In this document: in pieces, positions 21,970-36,382 of the stretch
Position numbering within the stretch: position 1 is the stretch's first letter
Layout: every line of letters begins with the position of its first letter
Source: Antedon mediterranea
Taxonomy: Eukaryota; Animalia; Echinodermata
DNA: 64,000 nt
Direction: 5' to 3'
Assembly (NCBI RefSeq): GCF_964355755.1
Contig: NC_092671.1
Span: 1,364,001-1,428,000, forward strand
Program-made: the position numbers and the translations under genes
The notes under the pieces: model-generated
The model's database searches: none
What the model was told of the DNA's origin: nothing
Seen by the model: the letters and a program-made list of their open reading frames with translations, nothing else

Positions 21970-24616
21970 TTACATTTCATCTGAAGGAGGCAGCATAAGA
22001 AATAGAGCAGTTCTAAAAAAATACAAATAATACAACACAAAAAGCTCAAAGTATAAACTGAGATATCAGAATTACTATTTTTTATATGCTGATCATACGT
22101 TGCGTAGGTCTTATTCCAAAATTATCATCTATGTCAAATAGTCAACTCAGCACGACAATAAACTAGATCTTAAAGTATGGACTAATATAAAGAATGCCTG
22201 CAGTTGTACAAAGCATTGCAATAGATACAGGCTGCTATGGTAGTATTACACCTTACAGATGAGGATGTTGCTCGTATTTAATTAATTTAAATGAAAATTA
22301 AAGCGATCGATTCAACTGTATTGTGTAAATGAGGCTCACATAAGGTAAATCACAGGTGTATTGAAAAGATGAGTAGAACTATTATAAAGATGAAATCTTA
22401 ATCTAAATCGTTTCCAGTTGATGGATTTAGAGCAGTTCTGTTTGTGGGTAATCACTTTATTCTTTATAATTTTATACTATAATATCAGAATCCCAGTATT
22501 AATTAACTTACATGTACATAACTTATGAAACCTATGTTCAAAATTAATTCTACCGGTATTATTATACTGTATATGACCCATATAATCCCATCTCCTAATT
22601 TAGGCCAAATTCATACACATAGTAGTTTTAGTTTAATCCAAATACAATTCCACCCACTAATTTTTGCCAAATTTTGGTAAGCAGGCCCCTTGAAACTATA
22701 CTTGGTTGTTTACGGTAATTATTGCAGATATAACATAGAAACATCAGTGGGTAAAATCTCTTACTACTGCTAATGTACACCAATTTACTACTGAATTGTA
22801 TTACTGTAGGCCTACTAATACAGTACTACAGTATGTATCCTGAAACAAACCCCATTTGAAGACAACATATCAAATAAATTGAATTTAGATAGTTGATTAC
22901 AAATGAAAAATTTGGAGAGATATTGCGAGAATTAAATAACTTCCAGTGGTGTTTGTCCATGCCCTGCTGGTCGAACACCTTCTTGCCCTCGGGGGCTGAT
23001 CAGACGCGCTATTGGCCACTCGTATAAACCTTAAATGACCTGTACACATGTTGTGAAACTTACACGTCTTCACTTTATTGTTATGTTTATTCATGTAAAA
23101 ATTACTTTAAAATTGTTTTTTTGCTGCTACTTTTATGAACATTTTTTTTAAATAAAATATATTAATTTTTATAAATTTAATAATTTACTGTACTGCATTT
23201 TGTCAATTGTAGTCTAACAAAATGCATTAGAATGCCATCATTATGTAATTGAAACCCAAAATGTGTATCTAGGCCTACTAGTATCCTTTTAAGCACTTTA
23301 TGTATGTGAAAATGATACATAAAAAACTCAACTTACAGCCTAAAACGTTTAGTATTTATCGTCTTAGGCTAATCAAAATAAAATCAACAAAATTACTCAC
23401 ATGTACACATCAAATAAGCTACAAATAAACATTTGTAATTTATAAAAACATAATGTATGTTTATGAAGCTCAAAATATAATCCTACCTCGACTGTATGTT
23501 CTTAGCAAACTCCACAAACATGCAAAATATTATCTCTTTGGTAATAGATGCAATAAACTATCCAATAACAAGTGTAGAATGTCAGAACCTAAGAGCAGTA
23601 TAATAGTACAAGTTGCTATGTATCTGTTTTCAGGTAGTAGTCAGCACACATTAAACAAACATGCTGTAAGCAATGTTATTGATTAACCAGCCTGTAATAT
23701 AGTTTACAGAGAAACTGACCAGTAATAATACCTAACCAAACGCTGACCACGACAGACCGTCACTAACGGAATCAACTTTCAAATACTCAGTGGTGATTCG
23801 TCATGGAAACAACCAGCAAGTGTCTCACAACCGTTAATATGATGCTAGTAAACATAACGAGTGTCGGCTTCGAACGCAGCATCCCTCGGAAGACGTCATG
23901 TTAAATCTGTCCTCCTGCTGTGACCCCTGATGGTACATCGTAAAGTGTACCTTTCCGTCGATGCCACAAGAGCTCGGATAGGTCATGATCGAAGGACGTA
24001 ACCCGAGCCGATCGCAGACAGGGATCGTTGATCTATTTGCGGTTCAGGTAACCTTACCTGAATATGCGGCAATCATCCTTGTAAAGAGAATCGTGCCATG
24101 CTGCCTAAGCCCTCTAGGTATACTACCAGCTAATTACAACTTGGTATGGGGTTGCAACGTTAAACAAATTACAACAGGTTCATGTTTTTTTAAGGTTTCT
24201 TTTTCTTCAAATCAATTTTTAGACAGCAATTAATTCTAAAAACGGGGATGTTTTCATTATTCATTAAGAATAGATGAACCAAACAGCTTGAAGTTGCTTG
24301 GTTTGGTGAGCGCGTGAGAGGAAAAAAAATCACTTTCACTTTATAAAAACAAACAACTTACATGAACATTACCAAATACAACATCTTAAACAGGTGTACC
24401 TTAAGGAGAAATTGAGATAATGTGAAAAACGTGAAACTATGTCAGTCTGTTGCGAAGGCAGGTGGAACATATCTGGGATTTAGGATGAGTTTACTGAAAC
24501 CTATAGCTTACTTGTTGAATGAAGTATCTAGCATGCTGGTGATATTTGATGCAAGCCCATAGCTATAGTTTTTATAGGAGAATTTTTTTGTACGACAAAA
24601 GGGATACAACCATTAT

Positions 24617-24678
24617 TGTCATTGGATTCGAACCAACAATCTATAGTCCAGCATCTAACACACTGTGCCACACGTCCT
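24617..24678 (-). mobile_element. Decayed tRNA-derived SINE head
   Basis: Minus strand GGACGTGTGGCACAGTGTGTTAGATGCTGGAC..GGTTCGAATCC (A and B boxes). Confidence 0.55.
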
Positions 24679-27600
24679 AAATAATGTATAGTAGACAATC
24701 ATATTCATCCTCCAATGTTTTTAGAAATAAAGAATAAACTAAAACTTATTGGCACAATGTCAAGAAACTTTCTTCATCATACATATCATAAGGAATATCA
24801 AAATAATAAACATCAAGCAGTTATTGGATTATTACATCATGCTAACCTTCCAGAAATGCAGTCATATTTCTATTATATAATTGGATTATCTTATGGTGTC
24901 AACTTACATCTTATGGTAATATAATATTTACCACAAATAATAGAAAATTTATTACGAGTACGAACTTAATCTTCATGTATACTTGCGAAATTTGGGGAAA
25001 AGGTTCAAATCAAAAAAATTCAAGTAAATTAAACTCCTCATTGGCTCTGGATAAGTTGTTTTGAAAATAAAGGGAGCATATAGAAACCTACTGCTTGTCT
25101 TGATCTTACATCAGAAACATAATGTTTAATTTAACATCAATATCCTTTTATGGTTAAATCTACCAAATATAACTTCAAAAACGTAAGTAAGAAAATGTAT
25201 GAAACAACATTACCAGTATTATTTACTTAATATTTACTCTTCCCTTCAATGAACATTCAAGAAGGAAAACTTATACAGAACAATAATATATTAGACTGAC
25301 CTTAGAAATGTGGCAGGGATGTTGAATTATTAAGGCCTATTGAACAGATGTACAGTGTTGGCCTAAATATGAACACCACCTCTCTACAAATGAATTACTT
25401 TAAACCATCTGCGGCAGAGGAGTTGATGAATGGACATAGTTTCTGAGTTAATAATATCACTGATGACATCATCAGTAGACAGCAACTCATCTAGCTAGCT
25501 ATCTCTTTGAGCATCGATCTGGCTTCTTGCCAACAGAGGCCAGGTTAAATTTACTTTCATATTACATACAAATGATTTTTTTTTTATAATTTCATGAATG
25601 AAATGTATTGTCTACATCAGACATAATACAAATTGCTTTAATATCATTTTGTCTGAACACTTAAAAACTATAATATATATTATATAATTTCAAAGAATTA
25701 ATAGCTTTTTTGATATTCTAGTTGTGTTTACATGGTAGGAAGAAATTCACATTATTATCAATCCAAAATTAATTGCATATAATTTATTTTATATCATATC
25801 TTGTAGCAATATATAATAAATTAATATTCAAACAAAACGAAAGTAAATGGATCAAATGACCAAAAAATAATTGAATGAACCAAATAAAAAAGATTTAAAT
25901 GGAAAAAAGCATAGTTAACACAATAACAAACCATATCTGACCTATACAAAAAATGACAGAAACATTATGTCAGACAAGACGTCAAGAATTAATGATCTAA
26001 TTATCTAACATTATAAAATGATAAGTATAAATTTCGATATACTGCCCTCTATCTGTAAATATGCTCTGCAGCAAAAATAATTCATGCCATTATACCAATT
26101 TAACATTAGTAGATGTACTTAATACTACAGTAATGAAAGTAGTATAATAAGAGTCGAGTAGTCTTGTTTACCTGTGTAACTGTAAGGTTTTAATCAACTA
26201 ATTGTGAGCAATACAATATATAGGCTTAACTATCATGAACAACGATGTTTACAGAATCACCCTCGAGTATGGGTGGCAAACATGTCTGTTAGTACAATAC
26301 TCACAACATCCCTCATCCGCACACCTGAAATCACCTCTTACAAAAAACTGCAGTAATTCTATTGTTTAATAAACAGTAGTAGCTCTACATTGATTATGAT
26401 TTATATTTTTCAACTTTAATCCTATATGTTCTAAAGTTATTTTTTAGAAAGACTTTATTAGTACATATTTTTACAAAGGCTAAATTAAAATCTTGTTGAT
26501 TAAAATATCCTATGCAAAGTTATATATCAGCCAAAAGTTATCCCTTAGGATTCCATGATGAATGTGTAATTAAACTTCTTTTTTTTAAATTAAACAAATC
26601 CAATGTCAAGGCCTTCCCTTTTCTCAAAGCAATTTGTTGCTTCTGGTCCCGTAGGAATAAGTCTATGAACTTAAGTGTGCTATGTGTGTGCTATAAACAT
26701 ATAATAAGTACATTGTACCTTCACTACTAAGTTTGTGATTCATTGAAAATCTTTTTATAAATCTTGAAACACAATAAACTTAACAGTCCTTTAGACCTAT
26801 CAAAAAAGATGGAAACCTAACATGTTTCTTTCCCACATATCCTTAACATTGAGGATGACATATTGGTTTGATCCCAAACAGGGCAGGATACTTAGTTTAT
26901 TAAGACCAAGGCAAACCTTTTCTATAAAACAGATTAACTACTGGTTCCTCAGCCAAATTTAAGTTAGTCATTACGTTAGGAAATATCAATTTACATAAAT
27001 ATTACATTTATTGAAATAAATAAAATTTTAATGTTAAATTGAAATAAAAACTAACTTAGTTCCTAGTATAGCATCTTCAATTATTCATAAATCATAAGTA
27101 TTTTTTTTCTTCTTTTATTTTATTATAGTAAATTTAACTATAATTATTGAAAAATACATTTCAATAAAGAAGGAAAAACTACAAAACATTCTACAAAATT
27201 ATTTCTGAACCTAATGATTTGAACTATAGAGGGCAGTACAACAAAATAATCATTTACGCGTATTATACTGCACTTACTTTTTATAAATTTACAGAGGGCA
27301 GCATAATGTTATCTATGATGGCAAATACTCATACTCTTACTACAGTACATACAAACTTAAAAGTTCTACTAGGATACTAATAAAACACTCCCAAAAAATA
27401 AAAAGTCAAAGAAAAGGCGTGTCCCGTATTCATTTCTGAACGTAGGGTAATGACCTGTTAGGAGCTCATTTTAATAAGCCTCAGCATTATGTGGTAATGT
27501 TACAGTTGTTTTCCATGTTGCCTTGTCTTTCAACTAGGTAATCATTTACACCTGAGTGGACTGGGACTTGTTTTTATCCGGAATTGGAATAACTTTATAA

Positions 27601-28133
27601 AATTCAATATTGCATTTAAAATAAGTTTATAAACAAAAAATGCTATACCAGTCGTTTAGTACTGTGTTTCAAAAATTTATTGTCTATAAAGTGAATAAAG
27701 CCAAGATTATCGGATGATGTCAAGACACTCGGGGGGAAAAACTCTACCAAAAAAACACAATTTTGGAAGACTAATTATTGCTAACCACGTTTCATTTTGG
27801 AATAATTTCTTACAAACCTTATAACCTTCAGTCACAGATCATGTCAAAGATTATAACAAATGTCCATCTATTTATAGATACCACGCACTAAATTAGATTT
27901 TTAACTTTCATAATAAATTAAATTATGTGCAAAAAAAGTAACAATAACTGTGAAAATCACCACCCGATTTCCGAGGTATCATAGTAATATTTGGTAATAC
28001 AGCATCTCATTTATATTACATGTGGTGACTAAGCTTGCCTTGTGAGGAGCCTCTGAGTGAAATATTGAAAAAAAAATAAATACAGTACCGAGAATCAACA
28101 GAAATCACTGAAAACAAAGAAAATGAGACTTAC

Positions 28134-28183
28134 CATTTGAGATGCACTTTTCGGATGTGAATTTACAGTTAGCTTGTCACCAA
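28134..28183 (-). CDS. NAV2: Neuron navigator (NAV/unc-53/sickie) calponin-homology domain exon (50 nt)
   Basis: TTTTTGTTTTTAG acceptor and GTAAGT donor. Joins the 29372-29255 exon in phase 1 to give IGDKLTVNSHPKSASQM, aligning with vertebrate NAV ANEKIEDINGCPKNRSQM. The symbol marks the family; the paralogue cannot be resolved. Confidence 0.85.
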
Positions 28184-29254
28184 CTAAAAACAAAAATAGC
28201 AATGTATAACCTTATTGCTGTACAAAGTAAAATGAATTTAAATGTACCTTGAAATCGTTGCTAAAACATTCTAAAATGCTGGTTAGCTGGCGTATACAGC
28301 ATCTCTACCTATTGGCTTACATCTGGGCCTAGTTTATTGTTGACAGCAGAAAGATTTACACCTTGTAGGTTGGGAAACATTTTTCTGGTAAATGAAGGTG
28401 AACGTGGAAAAGCTAATATGAAATAGTTTCTTTATGAAACAGTTCTGATGGGGATATTTTTTTTTTTTTATTCTTTTGGGGTTTCCTTTTATGGACATGG
28501 ATTACTTTCAGTCATAAATCAATCAAACATTCACAAACAGCATTTAGAGTTTTACATTTTGGAAAATAAATATACATGTATTTCCCTCTGTCTAAAATTA
28601 AAGCATTAACAAAAAAGTGCTATTTCTCTAAAATAAAGACAACTTTTGGGACTATGCTGCTGCTGCTATAGTAATTATTATTTTGAAAGTGCATCACAGC
28701 TGATGATGTTAATTACTGCAGTAATTTACCTTGACACCTTGTAATGGTCATAGGGGACATAACATCATAGTTAATTAAAATCTACTTAACACAGCAATTA
28801 AAACCAATTTAAAAGATACTCCCTCAAGTTTTTGAAATCCATTGGAGCAGAAGCATTCATGATATAGGCCTAAGTAAAGTATTTTTTTCTTTTTGGTAAA
28901 ACAATTTTTAGTTTGATGTAAATTATATAGATCAACATCTCAACATTGTGGATAATTTGATTTTTCCTTTTTCTGCATATAAATTATTTTCATTTTTTTT
29001 CCGCAGATGATTTAATTTCATCTTTTATTTCATTTAAAAAAGATGCAAGAAATTCTGAGATGTTAAGTTACCAAATTGAGACACAAGATCTGCACTGCGT
29101 GGGTTTCCAACCCACTCAAACACTATTAAACTTTGGGTCTAAACATACCGCTAGCCTACATACAGCCATGAATCAGGAACAATACAAGCTCAATAAAGAA
29201 TGAATAATGGGCAACAAGCTGGTAACAAGATCATTTAATGATTTGTATACTTAC

Positions 29255-29372
29255 TAACAGATTCAATGACACGTGCCAGGAGTACGCCATTACACACGTC
29301 AACCTGGAGGTCATTGATCAAGCTACGGTGACCTGCTCGCTCCAAGTAAAAGTTAGCCCAGTCTGAATACAC
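29255..29372 (-). CDS. NAV2: Neuron navigator (NAV/unc-53/sickie) calponin-homology domain exon (118 nt)
   Basis: TTTTGTTTTCCAG acceptor and GTAAGT donor. Encodes VYSDWANFYLERAGHRSLINDLQVDVCNGVLLARVIESV, matching NAV IYTDWANHYLAKSGHKRLIRDLQQDVTDGVLLAQIIQVV. Neighbouring coding exons were not found in the window. Confidence 0.92.
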
Positions 29373-32300
29373 CTGGAAAACAAAACAAGATTTTATTAGA
29401 TGTAACAATCATAATCCTTTAACTTATTGCCAATATATTTTGAAAACAAAACAAGATTGAATTAGATGGAATAGATGATTCCTTTTCAAATTTTGTTCGT
29501 ATTTATGTGGTGTTTTATTAATTTTATTACAAACTTGTGTAAAAACAATCAATGTTGATTTGTGCTGTATTCAGTCTCGTGAATAAAGTATATAAAAAAA
29601 ATAAAATGAGAGTGTGTTAATGGAATGGATACCATAATGGAAATCATCAAAACATTTGTAATATCAATATTGGAAGATTAAGAAAACTTGTAACAAAATT
29701 ATTTATTAGATAAAATACATGAGTGTGATGTTACACCAATGGCATTGGTTACAATAACTTATAAATAATATTGTCTGTTTTTTAAAATGTATAATTAAAA
29801 ATATCTGAAACCAATTTAACCAAGACTAGGTCCTCCTCATTCCACATTTGATAGCATTTTTATTTTAAAGCTAAATTGGTCTACATTTATATATTTATTT
29901 TGTAAAAAATATCAGTAATTTATTCTGAAAATTGATGTTTATTTAAACTGTATTATTATAATAATTTTGGTTTCTGTAGTGTTTTCTTTAACACATTTTC
30001 TTTCTTCTTTCTTCTTTCTAATCAATATTTGACCCAAATGAATTCAATACATCACCCAAAGGAAAGTTTGAGTTAATGCATAGCCTACAGTAAAATAATG
30101 AAGAGTTAGATCCAAGAGACAGCTAAAAAGGGGCGAAATGACAACAATTACAGACAGAGGATGTTGACTTGCTATAATCAATGATATGGTAACTTAATAT
30201 TACAACTAATATTGCCTTGCAATCTTTCCATTCATAATAACTTCATTCATAAATAAATAAATAACAGATTTTTAACTTTTCAACTTGTACTAGGGGCAGT
30301 AGGGGTTAGTGATGAATGATGGTTATTACGTACCAATCAATATACATCATCTAAATTAACTATAAAGGTAATACAATACCGCAACAAACATTGACATCAT
30401 CAGGTATTCCTGGTTTCTTCTCATATTCCCTAATAAATTCACTCACAAATAATGAATTATAGCTACCATAACAGAGGTAGAACTCAATTTAAGTTCATGA
30501 ACTTAATATAATCAATACTGAACTTGCAGGGAATATTACATGGATGCAATGGTGATCTTTGGCGCAACATAAAACCTTTCCTATGACACGTAAAACTCAT
30601 AATAATATCGCTCACAGAATTTATTGATTTATTTTAATTTCACAAATTCTTTAACTAAAGACGTCCGTTGTCGGTCGGTCGCAAGATGTCATTATAACAA
30701 ATGTGACATGTTGTTTACCACACGTTTTGCTTATTATTCTGTTTGTAAAGCATTTATTTCTTTGCAGGCGGCTAGGCCAGATTAGATATTATATCAATAT
30801 CTTAGCTCCCATTGTATAATATGGAGAATTACTTTGTTTTGTTAATATATACCACCATGCACTGTTTTTATTTGTATGTATTTGCGTCTCAGACCAACAC
30901 AGTATTATATGCAAATGATATTAATGGAAATGATGTTTCCACTGATGTTTTAGAATACATACATTTTACAATCTAAAAAACCTATTTTTTAAATTAGGAA
31001 TAGTTCACAGGTCGAAAAAAAGATTTTGACAGAAACATTGTACTTTGACTTAAGGCATTAATACTTATTTCTTAGAACTGGTTAGTTACTATAGTAATTG
31101 TCTCCATTTTTGTCAAAACATGTTCTTTCACTTTTCTTCAAATTTATTATATTGCTTCTTAAGGAAATTGTAAGCAAATATTTTCCGAATCAATAAATGT
31201 AATATAGACAAATTCTAGGCCTGAAGGGTATATAAATGTCAGGTAACCTAGTAAGGACTATGTTAACTGCACTCCAGGGTAGAAGCGCTCATTTAATGGT
31301 TTATAAGATTATACAGCTAGGCTAGGGGACAGATAAGTTTGCCCTTAGCCTGCGAAAGTACAATTTATTGTTATAATTTTAATTATTTGTCTGTTCATTA
31401 ATATATTTTTAGATGTGATAAATGTAACATTTGTATCTAAGCTGATTTTGGTTTATGCTATAAAGTTCCATAGGCTGATCGAAGGTGATGGAGGAGGTGT
31501 AAATTTGACAATTGAAATACATCAAAAATAGTACATTAGTTTAATTTAGTAATTAATTAAACAATTTTTAGGAAACAATTGGGAAATGAAAAAAAAAAGA
31601 ACAGATGGGGGACCTAAGAAAGAGAACAAAAGATGGAGATTCACAAATTGTTGGTTGCTTCGGAGTAGTGACATGGAAGCAACGATTGCCACAAGGAAGG
31701 ATTGTGGAAGAAGAAGTAAACCAAAGTAAGCGAGTACATGCAACAGTAACAACAACAGGTATAGTGTTTACTGAATTGTATAAAGAATGATTTGTGTATA
31801 ATGTGCTATAAAAGATGCATATAAACAGAGAGAGAGTTTTATAGGCTTACGTAAAATTTGAGATGTAGAAAATTGGTTAAACATGAGTACATGATAATTT
31901 TCACAAATGTAGTATTGACTACTATATAATTATGTAACATTTTTCATGAATATTTAATTTAGCTACCGTGTGGTATCCATGACATTTTATAACCATCAAT
32001 TAATGGTTGCTAAGCAACATATCTTCATATAGTTAATATTATAGCATTAGGGATACAGGAAATGTCTGCTGGTTTGCGGTGCAATTGCAAACAAACTGCG
32101 TGGGTGTGTGGACACACGGACCTGCAGCGTAAATAAACACAATATTTTACATAATATTATTGGATTCAATTGATTTTCCTCTATTGGGGTTTTCAAAACA
32201 AAATCAAAGTAGATTATTTAGTATAGATCTTAATTATTCATTTGAAATTAAATACTGTATGCATGTAAACATTTTCAAAATAACATTTTTACAATAAACG

Positions 32301-33299
32301 TTATTCATAATAAAGATTTTCTCACTTGAACACAAATTACACTTGTAATAATAATGTAGAACCAAATTATAGTAACACTAACTACGTATATTTTAACATT
32401 TCAATATAAGCATCATGGTCATATTCTTAATCTCAATCAACAGCACAAACTGTGCAATAATATTTACTAAATGTAAAATACTATTTCTCTTTTTTTCCAT
32501 TCTTTGTTTTGTTATGCTGCAGGCATCCATTTTATGTTAGTTTGCCCCAATGACATCATTTTGTGTTCATGCATATAGGTCACACAAATGAGTTAAAATC
32601 GGTTACTTTGATTCTGGGTGTGGGAATTTATAAAACATATGATGTAGGTATTGAAAGACTGAAGACTTTATGTCAGAAATGACCTAAAAAAAAGATGTCA
32701 ATGCTTCATCATTTTGAAATCTAACAAAATATGTTAGTATACTCTTAGTTCAAAATGTAGAAATATTTTTAAAATCATTTTGTAGAAAGACGAAAAAAAT
32801 TAAAAATGAAAGAGAGGTTCACCTCAACTTTTTTCCCAACACCTGCCACTGGTTCTGGTTCAAATAACCGGCTCACAGAGACATCTGGTAGCCATTGACT
32901 TAAAGTTGGAATTTGGATGTGTTACTTTTAAATGTACATGAGTATGAGAATGACTACTACCAAATTGCACAGTCACAAAACACCTTGGTATTTTATTAGG
33001 CAAGATGATATTACTAGCCTCATCCTTCAGATGGAATATTAAGGCATTGGTCATTTATTCATAATTTACAACAACAAAATTGAAAACAACATTATTTCAT
33101 AAGCATATCAAAAACATAATGTAAATAATTTAAAAAAAACTGCAAAATAATATTTATTATCAAAAATACTTAGCTGCCATGTTTCTTGTTAATATATTTA
33201 CCTTTAGAAATATTGAAAATGTATTAATATGATTTTTACTGCAATTGAAATGTACCGCTTTACGTTTTATTGTTATTTTCATTTCTGTGTCTTATTTAT

Positions 33300-33408
33300 A
33301 TGTTTTGTTTGCTTTTGAATGTTTTGTTTTGGTGTTCCTGATACAAGCTTTTGCTTTTTTGGTGACACCACCATTTTGGAAATAAATATTGATTTTGATT
33401 TGATTTGA
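33300..33408 (+). mobile_element. Probable LINE/SINE 3' tail
   Basis: Stem-loop GGTGTTCC..ACAAGC-TTTT-GCTT..GACACC, then AATAAA and a (TTTGA)n tail. Confidence 0.45.
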
Positions 33409-33874
33409 ACATTGGAACAATTAAATTAGTAATATCATTTTTGGTTTATATAATGTTCTTTTGAACTTTATACGACCCATTGGTAATAAAACCAGGATAT
33501 CTTGACTAAAGAAAACATCTTTCTGTGATAAAATGACTGAAATAATATAATGAATGTTTTTATAGAAGGTCCGAAAAGTTCACGACCTTATACATCTGTC
33601 ATTTTTCAATAAAATATGTAAACATACTAATTATACTAAGGTGTAAACTGTTCATTAGAGGCCAGGGAGTAGGTACTTGGTGAAGAGTACGTACTTGGTG
33701 AAGAGTACGTACTTGGTGTGGCGATCCTTTATAAGCTCATAACAAAGGTATACTGGGATTAAGTGTAGGTAAAATTGTTCTCACCTTTTATCATTTAAAA
33801 TGTTATCAATTAAAATTATTAAAACTGCATTAAAAAAAGAATAAAAGAAACTAAAAGTACCAGTGAATCAACCC

Positions 33875-34135
33875 AATAATATTACCTCATCAATACTATG
33901 ATGCATTTTTTGTATATTTGAACACTCATTACTTAAATGACACACTTCATAAATCTTATCAATATTTATAACATTAAAATTGCAGTAAAAAAACAAAATA
34001 CCCAAAACTACCAATGTAGAATAATACCTCATCAATACTATGATGGATGTGTTTTGAATATATACACTTATTACTTAGATGACACACTTCATAAATATTA
34101 TCAATATTATTAACATTAAAAATGAAGCAGTAGTA
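33875..34135. repeat. Diverged tandem duplication (~143-bp period)
   Basis: TACCTCATCAATACTATGATG..ATGACACACTTCATAAAT occurs twice. Confidence 0.8.
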
Positions 34136-35029
34136 GGATGAATCATCAAAGAGCAAAGTCGGCAGGTAACGTTGATAGCGCCGCACCTGCTCAGGTGTGT
34201 AAAGATGCTGCCGGTATGCGTACAGTATCATATGACTCATTAAATATTCATCCTCCTCCTGCTGCTATGATTTAAGGGTAACATAGACAATAGCAGCTGT
34301 GCCTTGATTATGTGTAAGAGATATTGCTATTATTCATCTTAAAATAATGGAAAATTATCAGGATGCATCTGTACCCTGATCAAATATGTAAGAGATACAG
34401 CTATTAATCTTAGTTATTGAATAAAATAAGAAGTAAGCCAGTATGTAAAATATGTAACCTCAGCGTGAAAATCATTCTCAGCAGAGAGTAACTTTTTTTT
34501 ATTGATTGTACCAAAAAACTCTGAAGAGTATTTTTATCACAGTAATAGGCCTACTTTTTATTTATTGATCAGAGCGAATTGGTCCTGTGGTCAAATGTTT
34601 TTGATAATATGTTGTGATAAAAAAAACCTACTGTACCAAAGCACATGTAACCTCAGCGAGAAGAGTGTATTTAGCAGAGTGTAATTATTTGCTTAGTCAT
34701 AAACACTGCATCATAGAAAGTACAATCTTCATCAAGTAATGATGAAATCAACAAACGAACGGATTAGCTAAATCGCAATGATTGTTCGCATTTTAAAAGC
34801 AGGTCAGTTTAAATTCTCGTAAAACCAATTATGATCACGTGTTACGATCAATATCGGTTAGTTCTTATGGGATTTAAGATTATAATTAAGTCAAAAATTG
34901 TGGAAGACAGCTTATTTTTATTACATGATATAAGAATCAAAATTTGATAGCAGAACAGATACAGTAGTATACTTCAGATATGGATATGGTGTATTTTAGA
35001 TTCATCTTATACTGTTATATGCTAATGTA

Positions 35030-35414
35030 CAGTATAGTACCTCTATTAAGGGGACATCTTCAGGATCAAACGAAGTCCACCTTTAATAAGGGTGTCCCCT
35101 GAATAGGGGTTGACAGTAGAAGTTTCAAAACATATATTGCCCCTCGTTCATCTATGGGAAAGTGTCCCCTGAATAGGGGTCGACAGTAGAAGTTTCAAAA
35201 CATATATTGCCCCTCCTTCATCTCATGGGAAAGTGTCCTCTGAATAGGGGTCGACAATAGAAGTTTCAAAACATATATTGCCCCTCCTTCATCTCATGGG
35301 AAAGTGTCCTCTGAATAGGGGTTGACAGTAAAAGTTTCAAAACATATATTGCCCCTCGTTCATCTCATGGGAAAGTGTCCTCTGAATAGGGGTGTCCAAA
35401 GGATGAGTTATACA
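35030..35414. mobile_element. pogo/Tigger-like MITE containing four 70-71 bp tandem units
   Basis: Degenerate CAGTA..ACCTCTATTAAGGGGACA terminus with TA flank; unit starts at 35092, 35162, 35233, 35304 and a partial unit at 35375. Same family as 37470 and 52126. Confidence 0.7.
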
Positions 35415-35469
35415 GTATTTATTGGTAAAAATATCAAACTATCTACTACCGTGTGTTTGACTGAAAGTG

Positions 35470-35643
35470 TATTCTTTCAATATCATTAATTATAATTAAT
35501 TTCTAATTAGAAAAAAGAAATAAGATGCAATAGTGAAAATTGTTTAATATTTTATTTCTTAAATATTAAACAATTTTCACTATTGCATCTTATTTCTTTT
35601 TTCTAATTAGAAATTAATTATAATTAATGATATTGAAAGAATA
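35470..35643. repeat. Perfect AT-rich palindrome with 83-bp arms and 8-nt loop
   Basis: 35470-35552 is the exact reverse complement of 35561-35643. Confidence 0.97.
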
Positions 35644-36382
35644 TATTATTTGGCACATTATCAAACAGAAACACTAGACATAAAAAACATAATTTTGTGG
35701 AGCGATGTAATTGTGATCGGAGACGGAGTGACGAAAATCAATCACAGATCCATTTTCTCGGTGATTTTGAATGCTTTACGGCGTGTCAACGTGATTAAAT
35801 TCAAGTGTCACTTAGGAGAACTAGGACAATTGGAGAAACATTTTTTATTGGTAGCCTTACAAAATTTAATGACCTAAATATGTGATACTCACACCTAACT
35901 GACACGCTATAGCAGATTATTGCAATGAAATCTATATTTTTTACATATAATAGTGAATATTAATATGTTATTAACAGCCTTCAATTTAATGATGCACTTT
36001 AACCCAAATACGTACACCTACAGTATATTCTGAATATTCGGAAGTAGAAGTAAATGGTATAGAGACCAACTACATATTGAACATGTCACTGAAACTCATC
36101 AACTTCTTTATTTTACCTATGTAGACAATGTTTTAAGGTTTCCATGGCAAGTACCAGTCAGGTTTTTTAAGGTTTCCATGGCGAGGTTTGAAGTACACCA
36201 TGTGTTTCCAAAATAATGTAATATGTACCTAAAAGTCGCGAATAGAAAGGTCGGACGATAACATTACTCCATGAGCATAACAATCAACGTTCCCGATTGT
36301 ACTCTATTTGCCACAAACCTGATTTTACTATTTTTAAAATGATGTTCTTAAATAAAATAAATTATGGATTACAGTATTTTAA

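Noticed and set aside
22897-23094. GC-richer patch with a 65-aa ORF
   Set aside because: No recognisable domain or convincing splice pair.
31570-31758. Purine-rich exon-like stretch (KKRTDGGP) suggesting a Harbinger Myb/SANT relic
   Set aside because: Frames are broken and the similarity is too short to support a call.
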